In this document: positions 9,584-18,707 of the stretch, in pieces
Layout: each line of letters begins with the position of its first letter
How positions within the stretch are numbered: position 1 is the first letter of the stretch
Source of the DNA: Rikenellaceae bacterium
GTDB lineage: Bacteria > Bacteroidota > Bacteroidia > Bacteroidales > Rikenellaceae
Assembly (NCBI GenBank): GCA_044433665.1
Contig: JAWXTJ010000006.1
Span: 5,369 to 69,368, forward strand
DNA: 64,000 bases
Direction: 5' to 3'
Translations under genes and position numbers: made by a program
Notes under the pieces: model-generated
What the model saw: the letters and a program-made list of their open reading frames with translations, nothing else
The model's database searches: none
What the model was told of the DNA's origin: nothing

Positions 9584-10063
9584 CTACATATTTTTTGTTA
9601 TTATCTCTTTTAATGCTGATCTGGCTCGTGATAGAATCATTCTGACATTCGTTGCTTCGATCTCTAATATCTGAGCAATTTCATGCGTCGAATAACCCTC
9701 AATATCTTTTAGGTGTAATACCTCTCGCTGTTTGTCGGGAAGTTGACTTATTGCAAATCGAACAAGCTCGATTGTATCTCGGCTCTCGATATTTTCACCA
9801 CTTCTGAGCTCGTTACTAGGTTCTTCGTGGTGTCGACGGTTTCTATATCGAGCATGGTCGTAGCAGCCGTTTCTCACCGAGGTCATCGCAAATGTTGAGG
9901 CTGAGCTTTTTGCCTCTAATCTAGTTCGATCTCGCCAAAGTCGCTCGCTAACCTTCGAGACAACATCTTGCGCATCTGCTTCGGAATGCAAGATGCTTTT
10001 GGCAAAGCGTAGCATGCGACCGTGCATATGGTTGATATATATGTTAAACTCGTTAGTTGTCAT
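9584..10063 (-). CDS. ECF-type RNA polymerase sigma-70 family factor
   Basis: 159 aa; region 4 helix-turn-helix LPDKQREVLHLKDIEGYSTHEIAQILEIEATNVRMILSRARSALKE. Confidence 0.8.
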   Translation of the reverse strand: MTTNEFNIYINHMHGRMLRFAKSILHSEADAQDVVSKVSERLWRDRTRLEAKSSASTFAMTSVRNGCYDHARYRNRRHHEEPSNELRSGENIESRDTIELVRFAISQLPDKQREVLHLKDIEGYSTHEIAQILEIEATNVRMILSRARSALKEIITKNM

Positions 10064-10218
10064 CTGTTGATTGAGGTTTGCTGTTCATCTGTTATACGTT
10101 TGTTAATGGCGAAGTGTAACAGAGATATGTAAAAAAATGCAGCGTGGTTAATAAGTAGCGTAAAATAATTATTTCACTCTACTTAAACCATCGCTGCAAT
10201 AACTCTTTGAGTTGGAAA

Positions 10219-10818
10219 TTACTCCTTTGCCTCGAAAACCATCCGAATCGTTGGATAGGTCGATTGTAGGTTTTTGGTAACTTGCTCCGCAGAACACCAT
10301 TCAACGGACTCTATTCCCTCTTCGCTTTGACCATGAGTTGATCTACATTCGCACTGCATGGAGTACCAATGAGTTGTTTTTATCTCCCACTTGCCATGCA
10401 GAGAGTATGTATGTTGAGTCTCGACAATCTTCTCACCGATGGTAATGCCGTCGATTCCAGTCTCCTCGCACACCTCTCGCACGGCACACTCCTCTAAGGT
10501 TTCTCCAGACTCTAGGTGTCCTTTGGGTAGATCCCAACGGCCATTTCGGAAGATCATAAGTGTCTCGTTGGAGCTATTTTGAACTAATCCTCCAGCGGCA
10601 TCAACATGGTGAAATTCTTTGCAGAAAGTGCTGTAGGCCTCTTCAGGAGTCGTAGATAAAAATAGAATCGAGTTGTATTTCTCGAAAAAATCCACTACCT
10701 TCGCTCTCGATAATTTTATTATGGAGGCGATTCGTGAGTCAAGAGTGAAATCGTAGCCTGGAAGGGGTGTAGAGGAGAATGTGATATATTTATCGGTAAA
10801 AAATATTGTCTTTTTCAT
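10219..10818 (-). CDS. NUDIX hydrolase
   Basis: Nudix box GHLESGETLEECAVREVCEETGI. Confidence 0.8.
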   Translation of the reverse strand: MKKTIFFTDKYITFSSTPLPGYDFTLDSRIASIIKLSRAKVVDFFEKYNSILFLSTTPEEAYSTFCKEFHHVDAAGGLVQNSSNETLMIFRNGRWDLPKGHLESGETLEECAVREVCEETGIDGITIGEKIVETQHTYSLHGKWEIKTTHWYSMQCECRSTHGQSEEGIESVEWCSAEQVTKNLQSTYPTIRMVFEAKE

Positions 10819-10843
10819 CTTTGTATAATTTAAATGACTAACA

Positions 10844-10851
10844 CAAATATA
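10844..10851 (-). promoter_or_regulatory. -7 box (TAtaTTTG on the minus strand) for the NUDIX gene
   Basis: Plus-strand caaatata lies about 25 nt upstream of the start at 10818, inside the N-terminal extension of the 10834 ORF call. Confidence 0.45.
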
Positions 10852-10869
10852 ATAAATATATTGATAACT

Positions 10870-12972
10870 ATGAAAAAAATCTTAATATTTATGATGGCAA
10901 TAGCAGCTGTTGCGACTGGGTGTAGCGATGCGCCAAAGCCGTTAAAGATTGATAATGAGCTTACTCGTGATGAGAAGAAGGCTGGAATTCTAACTCCCGA
11001 GGTGATGTGGAAGATGGGGCGTGTAGGCTCTTCGTCGCTCCGTGCTGCGGGCGATAAGTTGGTTTACACGGTCTCATATTATAATATGGAGGAGAATCGT
11101 GGTGTAACGGCAATATATGTTGAGGATATTGCAACAAAGAAGATCTCTCAACTTACAGATTATAAATCGAATAATGTAGCTCCAGCGTGGAGTGCCGATG
11201 GTGAGAAGATCTATTTTATGTCGAATCGTAGCGGCTCGATGCAGGTTTGGTCGATGTCGGCTTCGGGAGATGATGTTGCGGCAGTGACCGATTTTGATGG
11301 CGGCGTTGAGGGTTTTGGTGTTGCACCTAGCTCAGACAAACTGTTCTATCTCCAAAGCGTAAAGGTTGCAGATCGCACATCGGCAGATTTCCATAAGGAT
11401 ATGCCAAAGTCGAATGCGAGAATTTATGATGACTTGATGGTGCGTCACTGGAACTATTGGGATGAGGGTGAGTATCTTCATATCTTTGTGGCAAATATTG
11501 ATGAAAAGGGTCGTGCTCAAGTGGGAGTGGATATTATAGGTGAGAATGCAGCGTGGGATACTCCACTTGCTCCATATTTCGACTCGTCGGAGATTGCATG
11601 GAGTAATTCGGGTGATAAGTTAGCTTATACTTGTAAGCCGTTGGTTGGTGCTGAGTATGCTGTGTCGACAGATTCTGATATATTTATATATGATGTGGCT
11701 ACTGCTCGCACTGAGAATATTTGTAAAGCTGCGGATCGCTCGGCTTTTGTTGGTTACGATAAATACCCAGTTTGGTCACCAAACGACTCGTCGTTGGCAT
11801 TTATTTCGCAATGTAGAGCGGGTAATGAGTCGGATAAGGCTCGTCTGTTTGTTTATAATTTTGCTCAGAAGAGTATGAGTGATCTTACAGCTTCATTCGA
11901 TTATAACGCTTCGAATGTTGTTTGGGATGGTGAATCGGAGCTCTATTTTATTGCTCCAATTAATGCTACGCACCAACTTTGCAAGGTGAAACTCAATGGT
12001 ACGGTGGGTGTAATTACTCGTGGAGACCATGATATTAATTCAATTAGCATCGAGAAAGGTGTTGCAATTGCTGAGGTGACAAAACTTACACACGCAACCG
12101 AGCTCTTCGCAATTAACCTTGGAACGGGTGATATGACTCAGTTCTCGCAGGTGAATAAGGATATTTATGATAATATCACAATGGGAGAGGTTCAAAAGCG
12201 TTGGATTAAAACAACCGATGATTTGGAGATGTTGACTTGGGTGATCTTGCCTCCAAATTTTGATCCTAATAAGAAGTATCCAACTCTGCTTTATTGTCAA
12301 GGTGGTCCTCAAAGTGTGGTTTCGCAATCTTGGAGTTATCGTTGGAATTTCCAGGTGATGGCAGCTCAAGGGTATGTTGTCGTTGCTCCAAATCGACGTG
12401 GTCTGCCATCATTCGGTCAAGAGTGGTTAGATCAAATTTCGGGTGATTATTCGGGTCAAAATATTCAGGATTATCTATCGGCAATAGACTCTGTTTCGCA
12501 AGAGGCGTGGGTTGATAACGATCGTTTGGGTTGTGTCGGTGCTTCGTATGGTGGTTATTCGGTATACTATTTGGCGGGAATCCACCAAGGACGTTTTAAG
12601 TCGTTTATCTCACACTGTGGAATATTTAATTTCGACGCTATGTATGGTGAAACCGAGGAGCTGTTCTTCGTTAATAACGATTATGGTGGATCATATTGGG
12701 ATGCGGAGAATGAGATAGCTGTACGCTCGTATGCAAACTCTCCACACAAATTGGTTGATAAATGGGATACTCCAATTATGATTATCACGGGAGAGAATGA
12801 TTTTAGAATTCCATATACTCAGTCGTTGCAGGCTTTCACCGCTGCTCGATTGAAGGGTCTCGATTCTCGATTGGTAGAGTTTTCAGATGAGGGACACCAA
12901 GTATTTAAGCCACAAAACGCATTGGTTTGGCATAGAGAGTTTTTCTCGTGGTTGGACAAATACTTAAAGTAA
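10870..12972 (+). CDS. S9 family serine peptidase (prolyl oligopeptidase / dipeptidyl peptidase type) lipoprotein
   Basis: Lipoprotein signal MKKILIFMMAIAAVATGCS at the second Met, a beta-propeller-like N-terminal half, nucleophile elbow GASYGGYS, and later D/H residues. Start moved from 10834 to 10870. Confidence 0.85.
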   Translation: MKKILIFMMAIAAVATGCSDAPKPLKIDNELTRDEKKAGILTPEVMWKMGRVGSSSLRAAGDKLVYTVSYYNMEENRGVTAIYVEDIATKKISQLTDYKSNNVAPAWSADGEKIYFMSNRSGSMQVWSMSASGDDVAAVTDFDGGVEGFGVAPSSDKLFYLQSVKVADRTSADFHKDMPKSNARIYDDLMVRHWNYWDEGEYLHIFVANIDEKGRAQVGVDIIGENAAWDTPLAPYFDSSEIAWSNSGDKLAYTCKPLVGAEYAVSTDSDIFIYDVATARTENICKAADRSAFVGYDKYPVWSPNDSSLAFISQCRAGNESDKARLFVYNFAQKSMSDLTASFDYNASNVVWDGESELYFIAPINATHQLCKVKLNGTVGVITRGDHDINSISIEKGVAIAEVTKLTHATELFAINLGTGDMTQFSQVNKDIYDNITMGEVQKRWIKTTDDLEMLTWVILPPNFDPNKKYPTLLYCQGGPQSVVSQSWSYRWNFQVMAAQGYVVVAPNRRGLPSFGQEWLDQISGDYSGQNIQDYLSAIDSVSQEAWVDNDRLGCVGASYGGYSVYYLAGIHQGRFKSFISHCGIFNFDAMYGETEELFFVNNDYGGSYWDAENEIAVRSYANSPHKLVDKWDTPIMIITGENDFRIPYTQSLQAFTAARLKGLDSRLVEFSDEGHQVFKPQNALVWHREFFSWLDKYLK

Positions 12973-13122
12973 AAGTCGGTTGGTGCATTTTGGCTCTATT
13001 GTTGAGATGAAAAATGTGATATAATCGTTGTTCGGGTGGTGTGATTATACTTAGTTTTATAAGCAGAACGAAAAAATATAAAAAAAATATTATAGTTTGT
13101 TGGGAGATAATAAAATAAACCG

Positions 13123-13130
13123 TATATTTG
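13123..13130 (+). promoter_or_regulatory. -7 box (TAtaTTTG) for the HU gene
   Basis: Exact TAnnTTTG match about 50 nt upstream of the ATG at 13182. Confidence 0.5.
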
Positions 13131-13181
13131 CAGACCCAATAAGAGGTTACAATATATAAACACAATAAATAATAACAAAAA

Positions 13182-13454
13182 ATGACAAAGGCAGATATCG
13201 TAAGCGAAATCGCTAAAACAACAGGTATTGAGAAGATGCAAGTGCAAACTATCGTTGAGGCTTTTATGGAGACAGTAAAAGACTCTATGGCTGCTGATAA
13301 CAATGTTTACCTACGTGGTTTTGGTAGTTTTATCATTAAGAAACGTGCACAAAAAGTAGCTCGTAACATCTCTAAGAATACAACAATAACCATTCCTGAG
13401 CACAATATCCCTGCTTTTAAGCCAGCAAAGAGTTTCGTAGCGAAGGTAAAGTAA
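13182..13454 (+). CDS. HU family DNA-binding protein
   Basis: 90 aa; MTKADIVSEIA...VYLRGFGSFIIKKRAQKVARN...IPEHNIPAFKPAK is the classic HU/IHF fold signature. Confidence 0.9.
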   Translation: MTKADIVSEIAKTTGIEKMQVQTIVEAFMETVKDSMAADNNVYLRGFGSFIIKKRAQKVARNISKNTTITIPEHNIPAFKPAKSFVAKVK

Positions 13455-13488
13455 AAATTTATACGAACAACTAATAAAAATTAAGATT

Positions 13489-13578
13489 ATGCCAAGCGGT
13501 AAGAAGAGAAAAAGGCATAAGATGGCTACCCACAAGCGTAAAAAACAACTACGCAAGAATCGTCACAAGAAGAAATAG
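13489..13578 (+). CDS. Unlisted 29-codon Arg/Lys-rich ORF (MPSGKKRKRHKMATHKRKKQLRKNRHKKK), candidate tiny ribosomal-type protein
   Basis: ATG at 13489, TAG at 13576-13578. Starts 34 nt after the HU stop and is followed by a perfect 15-bp terminator hairpin. Its composition resembles bS22-like small ribosomal proteins from memory. Too short for the ORF track. Confidence 0.5.
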   Translation: MPSGKKRKRHKMATHKRKKQLRKNRHKKK

Positions 13579-13616
13579 TGACTTTCTGGGCAGACAACTT
13601 ATAATGTCAACGAAGT

Positions 13617-13650
13617 ATTAAAGCTAAAGAGTTAACTCTTTAGCTTTAAT
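13617..13650 (+). terminator. Perfect 15-bp stem hairpin ending the HU / small-ORF unit
   Basis: attaaagctaaagag-ttaa-ctctttagctttaat. Confidence 0.65.
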
Positions 13651-13712
13651 ACGTTAATAAACAAATTTATTGCGCTTCTTAAAAGTGCACTACCCACCTA
13701 AAACAGATTGTC

Positions 13713-13735
13713 GGGGAGAGATTAGAACTTCCCTA
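13713..13735. repeat. Solo sequence resembling the terminal inverted repeat of the 160-bp element
   Basis: ggggagagattagaacttcccta against the element end tagggagaaattagaactcccc. The core GGGAGA-ATTAGAACT-CCC is shared with about 2 mismatches. Confidence 0.45.
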
Positions 13736-13766
13736 TAGATTTGTTCTAAAAATTTATTTCGATTTT

Positions 13767-15317
13767 ATGAATCGAGAGTTAGTAATAAATGTAACTCCAT
13801 CGGAGATCTCTATAGCGCTATGCGAAGATAAGGTTTTGGTTGAGCTCAATAAGGAGCAGAGCCAGATGGGCTTCGCTGTGGGCGATATTTACCTGGGCAA
13901 AGTTCGTAAGATTATGCCTGGGTTGAACGCTGCGTTTGTCAATATTGGCCACGAGAGAGATGCTTTCCTCCATTACCTAGATTTAGGTAATCACTTCGAG
14001 AGTCTCGATAAGGTTGTATCGAGCCATCAACCTTCAAAGAAAGGTGTTAAGGTTGAGTCGTTGAAACTTAACGATCAACTGGAGCGAAATGGAAAGATTG
14101 CATCACATCTTCAATCGGGTCAGATGGTGATGGTTCAGATCACCAAAGAGGCAATCTCGACAAAGGGGCCTCGCTTAACTTCTGAAATCTCACTTGCAGG
14201 GCGAAACGTAGTTTTGGTGCCCTTTACAAATAAAGTTTTTTTATCACAAAAGATTCGTGCGGCAGAGGATAAGAAGCGTCTGCGAAGAATTGCTTCGTCA
14301 ATTTTGCCTAAGAATTTCGGTGTTATTATCCGTACGGCGGCAGTTTCAGCTAAGGATGAAGATATAGAACAGGATATAGAGCAGTTGTTGCATAAATGGA
14401 ATGAGATACTGCAAAATGTTCGTAAACACACCTCTCCAGCGCTTATTATGAGCGAGATGGGGCGAGCAAATGCAATTATTCGTGATACGCTCAATGGGTC
14501 GTATTCGCAAATTGTTGTTGACGATGAGGCGATGTATTCAAATATTCGCAACTATATTCGTTCGATAGAGCCCGAGCAAGAGAAGATTGTGAAGTTGTAT
14601 CGTGGCAGTGTGCCAATTTTTGATAACTTTGATATTTCTAAGCAGATCAAGTCACTTTTTGCAAAGTATGTATCTTTGCGACGAGGTGCTTATTTGATTA
14701 TTGAGCATACCGAGGCTATGAATGTGATTGATGTTAACTCGGGAAATCGTACCAAAGCGGAGGATAATCAGGAGCAAACGGCTCTGGATGTGAACTTGGC
14801 GGCGGCGGCTGAGGTGGCACGTCAATTGCGTTTGCGTGATATGGGCGGAATTGTTATCGTCGATTTTATTGATCTGCACAAAGCTCCTAATCGTCAACTT
14901 TTGTATGAGGAGATGGTGAAGTTGATGTCGACCGACAAGGCGAAGCATACGGTTCTTCCAATTACAAAATTTGGTTTGATGCAGATTACACGTCAGCGTG
15001 TTCGACCTGTTCCAATTGAAAATACAGAGGATATTTGTCCAACGTGTCAAGGTACAGGAAAGGTTCAGCCAACAATTTTGCTTGATAAAACAATCGAGAA
15101 TCAAATCTCATTTTTGGCTATAGATAGAAAAACGAAGTTTATAAATTTGCGTGTAAGCAACTATATTGCAGCATATTTAAGCAAGGGTCTTTTTTCACTT
15201 CAACGTCGTTGGGCATGGAAGTATAAATGCAGAATTAAGATCACAACCGATCAGAGTATGGGTATCCTCGATGTTGGATATTACGATAATGCGGGAAAGA
15301 GCCTAATAAAAAAATAG
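13767..15317 (+). CDS. rng: Ribonuclease E/G family protein (RNase G-sized)
   Basis: 516 aa with the S1 domain GDIYLGKVRKIMPGLNAAFVNIG, the catalytic-region motif VIDVNSG and a C-terminal CPTCQGTG zinc link. Confidence 0.85.
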   Translation: MNRELVINVTPSEISIALCEDKVLVELNKEQSQMGFAVGDIYLGKVRKIMPGLNAAFVNIGHERDAFLHYLDLGNHFESLDKVVSSHQPSKKGVKVESLKLNDQLERNGKIASHLQSGQMVMVQITKEAISTKGPRLTSEISLAGRNVVLVPFTNKVFLSQKIRAAEDKKRLRRIASSILPKNFGVIIRTAAVSAKDEDIEQDIEQLLHKWNEILQNVRKHTSPALIMSEMGRANAIIRDTLNGSYSQIVVDDEAMYSNIRNYIRSIEPEQEKIVKLYRGSVPIFDNFDISKQIKSLFAKYVSLRRGAYLIIEHTEAMNVIDVNSGNRTKAEDNQEQTALDVNLAAAAEVARQLRLRDMGGIVIVDFIDLHKAPNRQLLYEEMVKLMSTDKAKHTVLPITKFGLMQITRQRVRPVPIENTEDICPTCQGTGKVQPTILLDKTIENQISFLAIDRKTKFINLRVSNYIAAYLSKGLFSLQRRWAWKYKCRIKITTDQSMGILDVGYYDNAGKSLIKK

Positions 15318-15351
15318 GGAGCTGAGGCTTCCATAAAAGTATTACTCCTAG

Positions 15352-18300
15352 ATGGAACTCAAAGAGAGTATTATAAAACAATTTGCCAGCTCTAGAGGCT
15401 TGGCGGAGCTCGAAAGAGCTTATAGATCTAATAGCACTACTATCCACCTCAAAGAGTTGGTTAGTGGTGCTCTTTCGTCCTATGCAGCTGCTGCAATCTC
15501 TTCGATTGGTGGGGTGCATATTTTTGTTGCCGAGGATCGTGATGCTTCGGCTTATCTGCTTAATGATTTCTACTCGCTATTGGGTGAGGAGCATGTTTTC
15601 TTTTTGCCGACATCTTATAAGCGCTCTATTATATATGGTAAGGAGGATGCTAATGGACTGGTTCAGCGTACCTCGACACTCAATAGGTTGCGAAGTGGTG
15701 GTGGGGTAGCTCCTTTTACTGTGGTTTGTACCTATACGGATGCTTTGGCCGAGAGTGTGGTTGATACTTCGGTGATGCGTCGAGAGCAGATTTCGATTAA
15801 TGTTGGTGATAGGCTTTCGGTTGATTTTCTGCGGGAGGCTCTGGAGGCTTTGGGGTTTGTTAAGGTTAATTTTGTCTATGAGCCTGGTCAATACTCTTCG
15901 AGAGGAGGTATCTTTGATATTTTTTCTTATAGTCAGTCTCGTCCGTTTCGTGTAGATTTCTTTGATGATGAGGTGGAGTCTATTCGTTGTTTTAATATTT
16001 CGAATCAGCTCTCTTATGAGAAGGTTGAGCGGGCTGAGATCTTGCCTAGCTTTAATCAAAGTGAGGTGCCTGAGGAGAAGAGAGTGAGTTTTGCGGAGTT
16101 TACGGGAGAGGTTAATTATTGGTTTTTTGATCCAGCCTTTGTGTTGAATAAGGTTAATGATATTCGTCGCAAGCTGCTTGGTGTGATGGAGGATCCATCG
16201 CTGATTGATTCTAAGGTGTCGAGTCGAAATATTTTGCTTTCGGGGATGAAGCAGAGTCGATTGTTTGTGCTTCGGGATACACTCTCCGAGCGTTCGGCGG
16301 ATGCTGTTGTTGAGTTCTCGACATCTGCACAATTGGAGTTTAATAAGAACTTTGAGTTGTTGGCAAGCGATATTATTTCGACCACGGAGCGAGGTTTTCG
16401 AACATATATCGTCTCGAAAAATCGTGCTCAGGTGGAGCGTTTAGAGAATATTTTTCATCAGATTGGATATAAAGGTATTGATGTTGAGTCTGTGCCGATC
16501 GCTCTGCATAATGGGTTTGTTGATAATGACCTAAAATTGAGATTGTTTACCGATCATCAGCTCTTTGATCGTTATCAGCGTTATAAAATCAAAGATGAGA
16601 TTAAGCGTGATGAGCAGATGACAATTGCTGAGCTCAACGAGTTGAAACTCGGTGATTATGTTGTTCATTATGACCATGGTGTTGCGAAGTTTGGTGGTTT
16701 GGTGAAAATTGAGGTTAACGGAGCAATGAAAGAGGTTATTAAGTTGATTTATAAGGATCAGGATCTCTTGTTTGTCAATGTTCACTCTCTGCACTGTATA
16801 GCTAGATATAGGAGTAGCGATGCCGAGCCGCCAAAGATATATAAGTTGGGTGGTGGAGCATGGCAGAAACTTAAAAATACCACCAAAAAGGTTGTTAAAG
16901 ATATTTCACGAGAGCTTATTGCGCTCTATGCTAAGCGAAAAGCGAGCAAAGGTTTTGCCTTCTCGGCAGATGGATATTTGCAACAGGAGCTCGAAGCATC
17001 GTTTATGTATGAAGATACTCCCGATCAAAATAGCGCTTCGGAGGCTGTTAAACGAGATATGGAGTCGGATGAGCCAATGGATCGTTTGGTGTGTGGAGAT
17101 GTTGGTTTCGGAAAGACGGAGGTTGCTATCCGTGCAGCGTTTAAGGCTGCTGTGGATGGTAAGCAGGTTGCAGTTTTGGTGCCGACAACGATTTTGGCGA
17201 TGCAACATTATCGTTCATTTTGTTCGAGATTGAGAGATTTTCCGATTCGAATTGAGTATCTGAATCGAACAAAATCGGTTCGTGATGTGAATCTTATTCT
17301 CGCAGATTTGGCCGAAGGTAAGGTTGATATATTGATCGGAACGCATAAAATTTTAGGCAAGAGTGTTAAATTTAAAGATTTAGGACTTTTGATAATTGAT
17401 GAGGAACAGAAATTTGGTGTGGCGGCTAAGGAGAAGCTCACGCAGATAAGTGTGAGTGTCGATACTCTGACTTTGACGGCAACACCGATTCCGAGAACTT
17501 TGCAATTCTCGTTGATGGGTTCTCGTGACTTGTCGGTGATTTCGACTCCTCCACCGAATAGGCAGCCTATTATGACCGAGTCACATCTATTCTCGGAGGA
17601 TATTATTTCGGAGGCTATCGAGACGGAGATCGCAAGAGGTGGTCAGGTCTATTTTGTCCATAATCGAGTTGATGACATTTTCTCGGTGAAGGCTATGATC
17701 GGTAGAATTTGTCCAAAGGCGAGAGTTGCTGTGGGTCATGGTCAGATGCCTCCAAAGGAGTTGGAGGAGGTTGTAATGGACTTTATATATGGTGAGTATG
17801 ATGTTTTGTTGGCAACGACCATCGTTGAGAATGGAATTGATGTGCCGAATGCGAACACGATTATAATTAATAATGCACATCGTTTTGGTCTTTCGGCTCT
17901 GCATCAATTGCGTGGTCGAGTGGGGCGAAGCGATAGAAAGGCATATTGTTATCTCCTCTCACCTCCCGAGGAACTTTTAACTTCGGATGCAAGACATAGA
18001 TTGCGTGCAATCGAGGAGTTTTCGGATCTTGGTTCTGGGTTTAATATCGCTATGCAGGATTTGGATATTCGAGGTGCGGGTAATCTTTTGGGTGCCGAGC
18101 AGAGTGGATTTATTGCAAATATTGGTTTCGAGACCTATCAGCGTATTATGCAGGAGGCAATCTTGGAGTTACGACAGGAGGGTCTGGATGTTGCAGGTCT
18201 TTCGCCTAAGGAGCAGGAGGTGATCGAGCAGTTAAACTATATTGAGGATTCACATATTGATGTGGAGGTTCCAGCATCGCTTCCAGATAGTTATATTGGT

Positions 18301-18687
18301 CATGCTGCCGAAAAGCTCAAATTATATCGAGAGTTGGACTCTATACGCAATGAGCAGGAGTTGGTGGCTTTTGCCGAGCGACTCGTCGATAGATTTGGAC
18401 GTATGCCTCGTGAGACCGAAGAGCTTTTGAATGTTGTTCGTCTGCGTCGTGAGGCTATACGATTGGGTATGGAGAGAGTGAAGGTTAAGAATGGTTTGAT
18501 GATCGTGCAGTTTGTAGGCGAGCAAAATTCACCTTATTATAAGAGTGAACTATTTATGTCGCTGCTGAAAACAATAACCTCGAAGCCCGATAAATTTGTA
18601 TTGCGCCAAAACAATAACCGTTTGGCAATGACCGTTAGAGGTGTGAAAGATATTGAAGAGGCATATAAACTACTCCTCTCTTTTTAA
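15352..18687 (+). CDS. mfd: Transcription-repair coupling factor Mfd
   Basis: 1111 aa with a UvrB-homology N-terminus, a CarD-like domain (GDYVVHYDHGVAKFGG), helicase motifs GDVGFGKTE, DEEQKFG and QLRGRVGRS, and a TRCF C-terminus. Confidence 0.95.
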   Translation: MELKESIIKQFASSRGLAELERAYRSNSTTIHLKELVSGALSSYAAAAISSIGGVHIFVAEDRDASAYLLNDFYSLLGEEHVFFLPTSYKRSIIYGKEDANGLVQRTSTLNRLRSGGGVAPFTVVCTYTDALAESVVDTSVMRREQISINVGDRLSVDFLREALEALGFVKVNFVYEPGQYSSRGGIFDIFSYSQSRPFRVDFFDDEVESIRCFNISNQLSYEKVERAEILPSFNQSEVPEEKRVSFAEFTGEVNYWFFDPAFVLNKVNDIRRKLLGVMEDPSLIDSKVSSRNILLSGMKQSRLFVLRDTLSERSADAVVEFSTSAQLEFNKNFELLASDIISTTERGFRTYIVSKNRAQVERLENIFHQIGYKGIDVESVPIALHNGFVDNDLKLRLFTDHQLFDRYQRYKIKDEIKRDEQMTIAELNELKLGDYVVHYDHGVAKFGGLVKIEVNGAMKEVIKLIYKDQDLLFVNVHSLHCIARYRSSDAEPPKIYKLGGGAWQKLKNTTKKVVKDISRELIALYAKRKASKGFAFSADGYLQQELEASFMYEDTPDQNSASEAVKRDMESDEPMDRLVCGDVGFGKTEVAIRAAFKAAVDGKQVAVLVPTTILAMQHYRSFCSRLRDFPIRIEYLNRTKSVRDVNLILADLAEGKVDILIGTHKILGKSVKFKDLGLLIIDEEQKFGVAAKEKLTQISVSVDTLTLTATPIPRTLQFSLMGSRDLSVISTPPPNRQPIMTESHLFSEDIISEAIETEIARGGQVYFVHNRVDDIFSVKAMIGRICPKARVAVGHGQMPPKELEEVVMDFIYGEYDVLLATTIVENGIDVPNANTIIINNAHRFGLSALHQLRGRVGRSDRKAYCYLLSPPEELLTSDARHRLRAIEEFSDLGSGFNIAMQDLDIRGAGNLLGAEQSGFIANIGFETYQRIMQEAILELRQEGLDVAGLSPKEQEVIEQLNYIEDSHIDVEVPASLPDSYIGHAAEKLKLYRELDSIRNEQELVAFAERLVDRFGRMPRETEELLNVVRLRREAIRLGMERVKVKNGLMIVQFVGEQNSPYYKSELFMSLLKTITSKPDKFVLRQNNNRLAMTVRGVKDIEEAYKLLLSF

Positions 18688-18707
18688 CCTAAACTTTTTT
18701 TCATACA

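Noticed and set aside
10834-10869. N-terminal extensions proposed by the ORF track (10834, 38163, 38196, 42793, 427, 22164)
   Set aside because: Downstream ATGs give proper signal peptides or conserved N-termini, and in four cases a TAnnTTTG box lies inside the extension. The shorter starts were adopted.
12905-13303. 132-aa and 83-aa ORFs in the AT-rich spacer upstream of the HU gene
   Set aside because: The translations are hydrophobic and low-complexity, as expected from AT-rich DNA. They overlap the HU promoter box and the HU start on the opposite strand, and have no motif support.
15577-16332. 251-aa antisense ORF inside mfd, and similar long antisense ORFs at 14135-14551, 14652-15104, 43162-43668, 2730-3131 and 6870-7322
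   Set aside because: They lie entirely within strongly supported genes on the opposite strand and have low-complexity, Arg/Leu/Ser/Ile-rich translations with no recognisable motifs. These are typical shadow ORFs.
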